Source: Parasitella parasitica NRRL 2501
Taxonomy: Eukaryota > Fungi > Mucoromycota
DNA: 64,000 nt
NCBI GenBank assembly: GCA_025201805.1
Contig: MU619318.1
Span: forward strand, 88,529 to 152,528
Direction: 5' to 3'
Position 1 is the stretch's first letter. Each line of letters begins with the position of its first letter. Below are positions 51,967 to 64,000 of this stretch, piece by piece. The notes beneath the pieces were generated by a model. It did not search any database. It had not been told where the DNA came from and saw only the letters and a program-made list of their open reading frames with translations. The translations under genes were made by a program, and so were the position numbers.

Positions 51967-53162
51967 ATGCAATTTGAATGTCCAGAAAGTATTGATGACA
52001 TTTTAAAACGTCAACATCATACATGTCAGTCTGCTGAAAACAGTTTAATGCTTCTACGAAAGTCTTTATTGACCCAAACTTGTCCACCAAAGGTAAAGAT
52101 TTAAAATATAAATAAAAATCGTGAAAAAAAAAAAATAGTAAAATTATATGTAACTGTCAGTCGAGAGGGAAGCTATGGAGGCTGTTGCTTAGAATCAATG
52201 ACATATCGGCATCTACTTATATTAACTTGATTGAAATGGGGCCTAGCTCTGTGGACGAAAAAATAAGACATGATACGTTTCGCACAATGTCCACAGACTC
52301 GGATTTTGTTGAAAATGTGTCTGAAGATATGTTGATTCGTCTCTTGAACGCTTTTGTTTGGACAAGTGATGATTCCTATACTGGTATCTCTCGAAATCAA
52401 AATCCGGTATCGTACGTTCAAGGAATGAATGTATTAGCAGCTCCTTTTCTTATGACCATGTCTGAGATGGAAGCTTTCTTTTCATATTCTAATTTCATTT
52501 ATAACTGGTGCCCACTGTATGTCGAACCTACAATGAAAGGCGTCCATTGTGGTCTTCGAGTAAGTATACTAGGAGTGTTAAGTTGACTTGCATTAATCAC
52601 TCATCGTATCATAGCTGCTAGATTTATGTCTTACATCATTAGATCCTGTCTTATATGGCTATTTACTAGGCAAGAATATATCCGCCAGTACATATGCATT
52701 TGCCTGTAAGTGGAATATTTCATAAAATTTGTTTCAAAATTAAATCATGAAGTAGCTGTAATGACATTTTCAGCATGCACTCCACCATTATCTGAATTGC
52801 TGCAGCTGTGGGATTACATGTTTGCTTTCGGCATTCATCTGAATATACTTTTCATCATCGCTCAGTTAGCTTTGATTAGAAGTGAGCTGCTGAAAAGTCC
52901 CAGTCCTGCTAATTTGCTTCGCACATTACCACCTCTCAACGCAGACAAAATAATAAATTTGACAGTGTCCTTGTGTCGAAACCTTCCAGCCGATCTCTAC
53001 GACAAGTTAGTTCGCCATTCTTACGATGAATCTGTTTCAGATAAACTTGGTATCAAGCCTACAAGCGCAAATTGGTCAGAACAGCAGAACGATGTTAATG
53101 ATTTACCAGCATACATGCGGGATGCATTGAACATGCAAAGCAGCAGATACAATAGAGGATAA
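51967..53162 (+). CDS. BUB2: Bub2/Cdc16 TBC-domain GAP (mitotic exit/septation)
   Basis: KIRHDTFRTM, LIRLLNAF, YVQGMNVLAAPFL, GVHCGL, YAFA, SACTPPL..LWD. Confidence 0.9.
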
Positions 53163-53249
53163 CAGTAGTGACTAGTATTAGCCAAGTACACTACAATGAT
53201 ATGAATTTAAAATAGACAAATAAAAAGCTTCTTTCATCAATTTAACAAA

Positions 53250-54578
53250 ATGAATGCTGAGGCGCCAGATACGTGTACTGAAATCGGCGGTATACTTGCT
53301 GGTATATCCAGAGAGCTTAGATGTAACATCTGGTAAAATGTTTTTTGTGTATATAAATCTATATATTCTTACTAACAACTCATAATATTAAGCCTTGCTA
53401 TTTTGAACGAGGCTACAACTACATTTTGTGGCCATACATTCTGTAAAGACTGCATTGGACAACAAGTTACTGAGGAAAATTGCTGTCCAACTTGCAGCGA
53501 GCAATTAAATACAAGTCAATTGCATCCTGCAGAGTCCTTACAGGGTATCGTTAGTCAGTTTACGCAAATGAAGGAAGAGTTTGAGCGTGCTAATGGCGTT
53601 TGTTTATCTACAATGAAGATATCAAACCTGCCCCAGCAACACCCAATCGATACTCCAAGTAAATAAGCCATGTTCATTTTTGGCTACGCTATAATCTTGT
53701 AGTTTTTCATCTAATCTCGAAAAAATTAGAGGCAGTAGCAACCGAAACTTATACTGAAGAAGATTATTTACCCCCGTATCGTATTTTACAATTGACTCAA
53801 AATCCTATTACTGTATGTTTGCCTTTGATCAAAATCATTTGCACAGATATTTATCGTCCCTGATCATTTTAGCCTATCAATATCCCGGGAACTCGTCTCG
53901 AAAAAAAAATATCTTCAAAGGTAACACATGTGGTAGTCAACGCTGGTATGTCAGGGAACCCATAGACCAAGCTGGATACAGGCATAATGACACTATTTCC
54001 CATTAGTCAATCATAATTTAGTCAAAAACAGCCAAAATTATCGAATGGCCGTCTTATTTGGGTGCTATATTGTCAGTGACACATGTTGGTATCATGCGCT
54101 TTTCTTATCTCAAACAAAAGGATCTAATGCTATAAACACAAATAGGGCTAAAAATAAGTGTAGAACAGGGCCATATGAGTCCCGAACAACGATTTGAGAT
54201 CTACGGCGATGAAACGTATGGGAGAACAGGTGCACCTAGCAAAGCACGATTGAGAAGAGAATCAAATGTACAATGACAAATAGCTCAACTTTTACGAACT
54301 AGAGTTAACATTTATATATATATTTGTAGAAGTCCAATAATTTGTTCAAGAAATTAAAAGTGGGCTTGATTGATGATGCTAACAATGAATATCGCAAATA
54401 CTTGACAATAGGCCGGGCGGAAATTGGGGACTTTCCTGATCTAATTGTATGCAATCTTGATGCCGATATTGAGGAATTGAAAAAGAAACATCTAGGGAAG
54501 ATTCTAATCTCATGCAAATGGATCGAAAGCAGCATCTGTCTGTTTGAACTTGAAGTCAAGGACAAATATATTCTGTAG
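53250..54578 (+). CDS. Compact RING + tandem BRCT protein, BRCA1/BARD1-like (7 exons, ~325 aa)
   Basis: RELRCNIC..CGHTFCKDC..CPTC C3HC4 RING; KVTHVVV, YRMAVLFGCYIVSDTWL, FEIYGD..GAPSKARLRRE..LFK, WIESSI. Confidence 0.82.
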
Positions 54579-54740
54579 CAAGTCATGATACATACACACG
54601 GTATGATGAGAGAGGGTGGTGATGGGAATCCAAAAAACTCGTAGCATATAATTCATAATTTCCTCTGTCACTGTATATAAATAATCCATTTTTCTTTCCT
54701 TTGCTTCTTTCTTTTCACTTTAAACATTAACATCAAAAGA

Positions 54741-54992
54741 ATGGTTCAAAGACCTGAGCAAGTTAACTATTTTTCATCTCTTTTGCAATGGATGTCCATT
54801 AGTCCTCCTCAAAATCGACAAAACTCTACCTATTCTGACAAGAATCATACGAATCCAAGACAGCATTTGATGCTTCCACGCCAATTAAAGAGACGTGGAC
54901 GAGGCGAAAAGCGCTTTGTTTTTAATTTACCTGAATGCGATAATGAAGAAATTGCTCAAAATTATATTGAATCAGATGCTACTTTGTCATGA
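54741..54992 (+). CDS. Small hypothetical protein (83 aa)
   Basis: TATATAAATA at 54674, pyrimidine-rich leader, A-rich start context, AATAAA at 55011. Confidence 0.55.
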   Translation: MVQRPEQVNYFSSLLQWMSISPPQNRQNSTYSDKNHTNPRQHLMLPRQLKRRGRGEKRFVFNLPECDNEEIAQNYIESDATLS

Positions 54993-56321
54993 TGTCCCTT
55001 TTCACGCTCAAATAAAAATTCATGCACTGCGGCACACAAACAAATAAAATTTTAGTCTTGTGCCATAGTTATGTTGAGCACTTCATAAAAAAGAAACTGT
55101 TTTATAATAATAGCTCGAATTGCTGCAAAACCTGCCATATGTCCTTGTAGCTGGCAATTACAAGTATAATGTACATGTTTCCCCTAAAAAAAAGTATCAA
55201 GCCAAGGCTGCTCAAAAGCATTTGTTTTGTTATAGTTACCGACGCACTCACCATGTCATAGGCGATGCTTAAGAACTTATAGTGTTCATTTTTTGTTCTG
55301 CAACTTTGCTCAAAAAGATATACATACAAAACACAAAATATGACATGATGAGCATTATTTCATATGCCATGTACATGTACCTTGACTATTTTTTATTCCT
55401 TGGTGATTTTGATTATAAATATGTATGGTTTCAACGTCCCAGATGCCGATCAAAACAAACTTTGTCAAGTATTGCAGCTAAACAATGTAAACAAACAAGA
55501 ATCGATGTTAAACATTATTAAACTATTAATCAACGTTGCATATTGCTCGATATATCAGTTAAATATGTCTAAATAAATATGCCTTTTGATTTGTCAAAGT
55601 TGTGATTATTGTTGCATTTTATGGATTAATTATAAAAGTCTTTATCAAAGGTCTAGTACATTTCGAAAATAAGAATACCAATAGACAGACATACAACATA
55701 ATGAGTGAGGCAACCCTAAATGAGTGTTTATCATATGGACTGGATTCTAAAATCAAATACTACTGGTTTTTTTTTTTTTGCAAGTGTACCTTTGTTAGCA
55801 GTGTATACAATACATATGATATATCAAAAGCTAAATAAAACAAATCTGCCAGAGAATTTACATTATATAGGAGTGATTATTCAATACCGAGTGTACAGCA
55901 TCTAAAAATGAATAACCAAAGTTACCGAAATTTATAATTTAACGGAATAAAGGTTGTTGTTTATTTGATTTTCAATGTATTGATATAAATATGGGCTATA
56001 ATATGCGGAATAGGTAACTAGACTACTACTGGGGGCAGGTGGGATCACATTGGACGTGCGCCACCACACAACAATATAAAATGATTAACGCTGTTGGCCT
56101 AGTCAAACTAAAAGCATGTGAAAGTAAATGAATCGACGAGCACAAAGGGATGCGTGAGTGGTGGAAAAAGTCGCATTTCATCTAACAGATCATAGAACAA
56201 TGGTCATATTGAAAAGATAAATTGTTTAATACAAGAAAAAAAAAAAAAGAGATAGTGTAGATTAAAGTTATTCACAGATTGTTACGTAATTTTTTTTTAG
56301 TTTGTATGATGATGATTGACG

Positions 56322-59300
56322 CTAATTCAAGCTGCTAATAAAGCTATCAATGTTGTATTCCTCTTCGTAGTCCTTTTCATCCCACAAAGTTTCAAGATTT
56401 TCTAAAACAGCTTTGGCATTGCCCAATCCTTCTGTATCGGCATTGTTGTTCTTGGGTTTCTTTTTACTCGAAGATTCGATGTCATTACCTACATTGAATA
56501 GGTCTAATATTTGATCTGTATCCATACTGTGTAGACCCGAATTTTGCTGATTAACAATAGAATTGGCAATATTCATTTTGAATTTCTGCAGACCCATAAT
56601 CTTTTCTTCCAGTGTGCCTCGAGTAATGAGTCTATAGACGTTAACTACCTTCTTTTGACCAATACGGTGAGCGCGATCCATTGCTTGTAGATCTTTCATA
56701 GGATTCCAATCATGCTCAACGAAAATAACTGTATCCGCACCAGTTAGATTAAGACCAAGACCACCAACATGTGTTGTGAGCAGTAAAACATCAATAGACG
56801 GATCAGCATTGAATTTTTGAACCATTTCATGACGTTTGTTAGCGTCGACAGAACCATCCATTCTTAGGTAACTGACTGTAGGCATCAGGGCTTTAAACAG
56901 ATCGTTTTCAATGATATCTAACATTGGTTTCAACTGACAAAAGATTAGAGCACGATGCTGACTGACAGCGCCAATAGCCATAGCGGCAGGATCCGAATCT
57001 GATTCTGTAGTTGTAACCCCAATACCACATTCTCCCAGCAATTGCCTGGAAAACAACCACTTTTAATAAAGCGGGAAATACACAGGCCTGTCTACTTACT
57101 TTAAGGCTTGTAATTTTGGTGCGTTTGATATGCTGTGGATGTTTGTATTTGTCTTGTTCAAGAACATCCCGACCTTTTTGTAATTGGGATATTTATCGCT
57201 AACAACAAGCAAAGGATGATTACACAGTCTACGAAGATATTGGAGCGCTTGGAAGATGTGGGTTGCTCCCTTTGTTTTCTCTCCAGGTTTTGCGACAACA
57301 TCTGTTTCAAGATCCTCTTCGACTGACGATCTCGCCTGAGATTTGGCAAATTCTTCATACAGTGATTTCTATGAATTATCAGTAACAGCAACTTGGAATG
57401 TGCATTTTCGCATTATTTACCTGTAAATCACTCAATTCACAATAGTAATCTTGAATAATCTTGGGTGGAAGATCATGCAATACATCTTCTTTTAATCTAC
57501 GCAACAAAAATGGCAGCACTTGCTTATGCAAAGCCTCTAATGCAAGTGCACCTGCCTCCTGTTCTTTGGAAGAACTTTTGCTGTCTCTACTTGCCAAGAT
57601 GGGCTTACCGAATCTTTCATTAAAAATCTTTTCTGAGCCGAGGAAACCAGGCATTAAAAAATCAAACAAGGACCAGAGTTCCAAGACGTTATTCTGTTAC
57701 TGAGTTTGAGTACTATGAATTTCACTGTCTATCGAGAATACAAATGTTACCTGAATAGGTGTGCCAGAGAGAATCAAGCGATGGTTTGACTTGACTGACT
57801 TGATCGCTTTTGTGATTTTTGTTCTTCCATTTTTGATAATATGACCTTCATCCAAAATACAGTAATTCCATGTGATGGCTGACAGTTCCTCAATGTCGTT
57901 TCTAATGATATCATAAGACATGATTATAATATCATTTTTCAATATGGAAGACCGGATTCTAGTGTTTCATGGTTAAAAATCATTAGTAACAGTAATATCA
58001 AGTATTAACTTACCTCTTTCGTTCTGCGGGACCACCCGTATACAACAATGGCTTTAAATTATCACAGTAATGTTTGATTTCGTGGAACCAGTGACCTGTT
58101 AAAGTAGGAGGACAGATAACTAGTGAAGGGCTAGGCGCCCATTCAGGGGATTCTGTCTCGGCATACTTTTGGGCTCTATGATAATGATCACCAGCGAGAA
58201 TGCAGATAGACTGCAGCGTTTTTCCGAGACCCATGTCATCGCAAAGAATGCCATGCAAATGAAATTTGTTCAAGAATGCCAACCAGTTAACACCTTCCTG
58301 TTGGTATTTACGCAATTCGGCATTGATCTTTACAGGTATCTCGTAATTCTCAACCTTGGAGCTGTCTAGAAGTTGAGACAGGAAACGGCGCTCATCGTCA
58401 CGATGCGCCAGCATTTCTGCAGACATGCCGGGAGGGTCAGGAATGCCAGCTTCCAGGGGTACAAGTTTAATCAAAAGAGCAAAGCAGTTGGTACAAACGA
58501 GACGCACAGCTTCATCAGGGTCACTCATACGGCCTAAGATGGGGACAATCAAGAATATGGTGTAAGGAAGGATCTTTGTATCGAGCAGCTGGACAAGATG
58601 GTATACAAGTTCGGCGGCACCTTGACGGTGATAAGAGTTGAGAGTGTTACCTAATTGAGGCAATACGTTGTCAACGATAACTTGCATTGTTCTAGTGGTG
58701 ATGACATTGGCAATGGCAGCCAGACAGCGTGCACTGACTGAGCGAATGACGGCATAACAAGACTGCAAAGCTCTGCAAACATACGGAATGAATTCGCAAA
58801 TCTGAGGCCAAAGGCCTTCTGACAAATAAGGAACAACCATGGTTAACACAGTCAAGGAATCAATAACTTCTTGCCCTTGTTGGAATTGCTCACTGATTGC
58901 TTTATCAGCTTTTTCGATGTTGTTGGAATGACCAGAGTTTTCAGGGAATGTTTCAACCACTTTTTGGCTAATGCACTGCATCAGTTTGGGTACAATTTCA
59001 AATACACGTTCGCCAAAAGTATCGCAAAATTTGCGCAAAGAGATTTCAGCACCACGTTTCATCAGCTTAGCGTCCTTTTGCTCTTGAGTCAAAGCTTCTT
59101 TAGAATTTGCAGAAGTAGCCTTACTAGATTCTTCCTTGTGAAAGGACAGAATACCAGATTTAGTTTGATTCTCTTCCAATACTGGAGTAACAGTAGTATC
59201 CGAGCATAAAAATGTGCAAAGATTTTTGACAATCTTGTCGTTAGGATTGATGCGAGTCTGCGAACGTTCACACAAGGCGATCAAATCCGTTAGTGTTGCA

Positions 59301-62300
59301 GCAGAGCGTTCTTGCAATTCCAAGTTTTCCTCAAACTTGATGCTATTCATAACACTACGGATCACAGGGTTGAGTTTTATCGGTAGTATGCCCAACTCAA
59401 TCACTGCCCCCGCTGTACTAGCGTAGACATTGATTTCAATCTTCTGCTTCAACTCTTCGAAGTATCCTATAGAGGAAACGACGCGGCGCTGGCGCTCATC
59501 CAATGCTGTAATTATGCTTGCTTTACCCTTGATCTTTGGTATTTTGCCCATCAGCTGCTCAAAAGTATCACCTACAACACTTGTGGCCGTTTCTATAGTA
59601 AATAGCAGCCCCTGCTCCGGCAATGCCTCTCCAGGCACCATTGTAGGTAATGTGGGGATATTATTGATGGGGACTTGGGCTTCTGAATGAAAGGCATTAA
59701 CCAAGTTCTGACATTCGCCTCTGATACGTTTCAACACATGGACGAGTTCAAAGTAGAACCCAGTCGTATGGTTCGCAGCGTTGTCTAAATTGGCAATCAT
59801 GGCATCCGACAGTGTCTTTGGAAAATTATGAGTTTTTGCCAAGACGGCATTTTCGGGTGCATTACTGATACAATCAGCATTGTATCTCGTCTTCATTACA
59901 GCCTTTGCCCATTCCTCTACAGCCATAGCGCCCAACTGTCGTTTCAATGCCCACTGCGATGTCAATAGAGTCAGAATAACGTCTTGGTATGACATTTCCA
60001 TTGAATCATCAGGCCAAGTGCTCATTGCCATACCTAAAGCAGTTGTACAAGCAATACGACAGCGCATAACTTGGTTGGTTGTAATCAGAGAGAAATCCTG
60101 AGCAATCATGCCAGCATCTAGATTGTGGCCATCGTTTCTGTCTCCATTTGCTTCTCCAGGAACGACGTTTCCACTGCCCTTATTTGCAGTAGCTTTTTTG
60201 ACAATCTTTTTGCTGGTTTTATCAATTACTGGCGCAGATGTTGTAGTTGCTAGCGTGCCACCGTTACCGAATGCCCCAGGAGGCTTGTAGAAATAAGTTG
60301 CTGTATCCAACGGTTGTCCAATAGGTGTCATTGTAATTTCGAACCAGCTGCCAAGCCAGTTTTGTGTACCTTGTAAAACAAGCTGATTATCCACTTTTCC
60401 ATTGATTGTTAATCCCTTCCAAACAGCCAGAGTCTTTTCGATAATGTCTACTTTTTCTTCTACAATTAAATTTTGGAATACAAGACGGTATACGCGTTCA
60501 TCAACCCATTCAGCAGAGGTCCCGCATTCAATGAATGTCAAAAGAGTGTTCAAAACAGCCATTCTTACACCAGTGATAGTGTGTCTAAAGAACGGGTGCA
60601 ATCTAGGCACAAGTTCTGACAAACTGCAGCCTTCACGAACAATTTCCATCACGCCGGGTTGCTCAAACATCTTGGCGATAAGATCCATGACAGCTCCCGT
60701 TGAAGCGGTCAAGTCATCCTTCAAATCGATAAGACAATCCCACAGCGTTGTAATAACATCACGAATACGATCTTTGGAACTCATGCGTACAAATTCAGCA
60801 GTGATGGGTAATAGTGTTGCAGCGCTGACAGCTCGCACATCGTCGTCATGATCCCGCAAACCTAGAATAACAGCGCCTGTTGTACCATCCACGAGCATTT
60901 CGACTAGATCTTTTCTAACTGCAACAGTGTATTTTAATCCAAGTAATCCAGCATGTCTGACCTCCCAAATAGATCGACCGCCAAAAGAAGGGTCGTCTTG
61001 ATTGATTAGTTTCAGCAGATTTTCGTGTACTTTTTCGACTGAACTAGCTGTCATAAACTGCAAAACAACACCAAGTGTTTGGGAGCATGTTTCTCTGACT
61101 GGACAGACAACCTGATCTGATACAAAATCAGCGAATCGATCCAGAGCAAACACACACAGTAACCGAATAGCCGCATCCTCCAACCATGCATTGTGTGATT
61201 CGTCATTTTTTGATTTGTCGCCCACTGATTATAGAGTAAGTATTTGACATCTCACATGCGCAGCAACAAACGTTAACTCACATCTTTTACCAGCTCCATC
61301 ACCGTGCTCTTTCAAAATACTGCGTAAACCAATGCCAGCACCATGACGAATCTCCCAAGCAGGATCAAATAGATCCAGGCACAAATGTTCACATATCATC
61401 TTAAAAGGCCAATCACGCTGGACTTGGTCTACATCGTTGTCTACAGATGGTGCTGGTTTCTTTACTTCGACAACGAATTTATCTGACTGCGGTTGTGCGG
61501 TAAACTCGAATTCTGTATGCGGGTAGGAACGATTAGTTTGTTTGAAGGAGCATTTTATCAAAACGTTACCTTCTTTAGATTCGATCTTGACAGCTTTAGG
61601 CTCTGATTTGCTCTTCAAATCCATAACGCGAACTCTATATAAAGCGCATTTTAATACTGCAAAAAATAGCTACTTCCATATGCTGCGATTTACTTTTCTT
61701 TCTTGCCCTTCATCTTGGACTCTAATTTCATCTTGCGTTTCAGCATGTTGCGTTCACGAGCTGATAATCCCGCCATATTGATTTCAGCTACTGCAGGTGT
61801 AGGTGCATTTGCCGTGGAAGTAGACGGCGTTGGCGAAGGGCTTTTTGTCGCAGCTTTTGATTTGTTATTATCTAGATCAGCGTCATCGACCAAATCCACT
61901 ATTTGAAGCAACAATTGAGCATACAGCAAACGACAGCCGTTCTAAACGTACCATCCATAAACTGGCTTGCAAGGCCTAAGCGTTCTTTTAGATTGCGTCT
62001 CTGCAACTCTAAGCGTTCTTGTGGTGTCATGTCTGAAAAATCTATGTCGTATTCTTTCCCTGCAGAGCCTAATAAAAGTTTTCCGTGTTGAAGCACGGAA
62101 GCAAGATCAAACTGATTAAAACGAAGTTTGTGTGCATCCTGCTCTTGTTCAACGTCCATATCCTCATCTGGCTGAATAGATTTGGGGTCCCAAACAGGCA
62201 CGTTTGAAGCAATTGCTTCAAGAGCTTGACCTGCAGCCCAACGTGTATCCCATGCTTTGCTTTTCAAATGAACAACAACCTATCAGAACATGTAAGTCTG

Positions 62301-62521
62301 TGATACACACTTTGCCCGTTTTGAAGCCTTACTCTTGATAATAAGTTATAAAGCTCTCCAGGGTGTTGCTTTTGAATTTCACCCAGTTGCTGAGCAGCTG
62401 TTCGTCTGACTGCAGTCGTTGAGCCAGTGTCAAGTAACAATACCAACCGGTCGAGTCTAATCTCACAATAGTTAGAGTGTATTTATCAAGAGTACAAGTG
62501 GACAATTTACCTTGTTGCCAT
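56322..62521 (-). CDS. MOT1: TBP-associated Snf2 ATPase Mot1/BTAF1
   Basis: MATRLDRLVLLLDTGST, HEAT region (DRFADFVSDQVVCPVRET), GILCDDMGLGKTLQ, ILDEGH, LSGTPIQN, LLTTHVGGLGLNLTGAD, QAMDRAHRIGQ. Confidence 0.97.
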
Positions 62522-64000
62522 GATATTCAAGAAACAATGGTTGTTGTTTTTTGGAAATGTGTATGAAAATAAAAGAGAAGACTATAGAATGCAGGAATAC
62601 GGTGGTTAAAGACCTTTATAAATCCAAGCTTCTGTAGAAACCAATAATTTTTGCAACGTCACTTGATGCCAACAAATATACATTAAATGTGCCAAACAAA
62701 TCAACAGGATCCTCTGTATCTAACTCTGGGTGTATTTATAGGAATTTATATACCCTCTATTTCGAAGGAATAAGACTCGTGATACTAATACGGCACAAGA
62801 GAATCTTTGATACCATTGAACATTCTGTATATTGTTACAATAAACTTTTTCGGCATAAGCTCTAATGAATTGATAAGATGGTATTTATCGCATCCAAACA
62901 ATTTTCGATAGTACTGAAGGATATATATATATTATATTTATATATTGGACGTATCCGTTTGGAAATCTCAAATATACAGAGGACGGTAGGCAAAAACTTC
63001 TTCAAGCAAACGAGCCAAGCTCTATTTGTCTATTTCTTAGTTTGTGCTCTTCTTTTAATCAATATCTATATGTTTTATGCTAAAAACTGGATATATTCGA
63101 GTTTGAACCCTCGTCTCGAACTGTAAAATAGAAACCACAATTGATAAAAGCTTGTGAAATATGATCATTTAGTTTATTTATGATTCAATCATATCGTGGA
63201 CTAACACTTTACTGATTTCATACCGTGGTATATGCGTTTTTTACAGGCAAGCCGAATCCAAGCTCTTAATGAGCTAATTTTGCATAGGTTTATTAGCATT
63301 TGATGTAGCCTTCAAGAATGAACTCTAGAAGCAAAAGATATTTTCTTTTTATTTTGCAGGCTATATCTCAAAATCATAAAGATAGTTAATGCAACTAACA
63401 ATTTAAATACCATTTGTAAATCAGTTCTACGGAAGACATGTAAGCCTGACCTAGACACTATAAGGAAAAAGATTCTTAATGTTTTTGGAGATGAAAAGAA
63501 ATAGTCAATAAAGTAAACTGAGCTAGGTTTCATAGGTATAAAATAATCCCATCTCGATCGTCAAAGTTATAAGCGAAAAACAAAAGCTACATATCAAAAT
63601 TGCATATAAAGACGTAACGATCATGGTAAATAAGAACAAAGTATGAATGAAATGTTTGCTCATAACTTCTGCTAAAATGACCGTAGAACCGAGATCTAAC
63701 TTGGAAAACTTAGCGTTGACTCACCTCTATCTAGAAACAACATTGGTATTCATGTTTTCATCGATATCTATAAAGTTATCAGATGATATCACAAATTTAC
63801 ATATCAGAATTGCATATAATCACTGATAGGCTGCGGTAAAGAGCAAATCAAAGCCTTTCTTATGCGCCATAAGTACAGGCATGATTATCGCTATATGAGC
63901 ATAACTTGCTTTCTACTGTGCCACCTTTCTATCACAAGTTATCTGCAAAACCAGTTTTATTCTTCAATATTTATCATAAATATCACACATTTGCTCATAA

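Noticed and set aside
55346-55450. ATGATGA box C-like motif (also at 2880)
   Set aside because: No box D (CTGA) at a suitable distance and no terminal stem.
62600-64000. Short ORFs upstream of MOT1
   Set aside because: No recognisable motifs or coherent exon chain; probably intergenic or decayed sequence.

Overview
Gene-dense, AT-rich eukaryotic DNA with short (~50-90 nt) GT-AG introns. The gene content and intron style point to an early-diverging fungus, most likely Mucorales (inference). By manual exon joining I can support about 28 protein-coding genes: ACH1, an APC amino-acid permease, CaMK, eIF4G, Cdt1-like, QRI7, a DH-domain RhoGEF, PKA catalytic subunit, a secreted PQQ/sorbosone-dehydrogenase-like propeller, a fasciclin protein, an MFS transporter, NSE2/MMS21, a diacylglycerol kinase, a USP, a mitochondrial SAP protein, an ICME-like esterase, eIF2D, TRS31, an allantoicase-like protein, secreted YcaC, an orphan membrane protein, SCP2, SOSS-B/SSB1, BUB2, a RING-BRCT-BRCT protein, a small ORF and MOT1. 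No rRNA, tRNA, CRISPR array or intact transposon was seen. The most interesting items are: (1) a ~325-aa, 7-exon mini BRCA1/BARD1-like gene, almost invisible in the ORF track, in a tight co-oriented run with SOSS-B and BUB2; (2) two apparent pseudoenzymes, an allantoicase fold with acidic N-terminus and NLS-like tail, and an AA12/sorbosone-dehydrogenase fold lacking PQQ motifs; (3) a Cdt1-like protein that stops before the C-terminal MCM-binding domain; (4) a signal-peptide-bearing YcaC; (5) convergent genes whose stop codons are only 5 bp apart. All family calls come from motif recognition by eye, with no database search.
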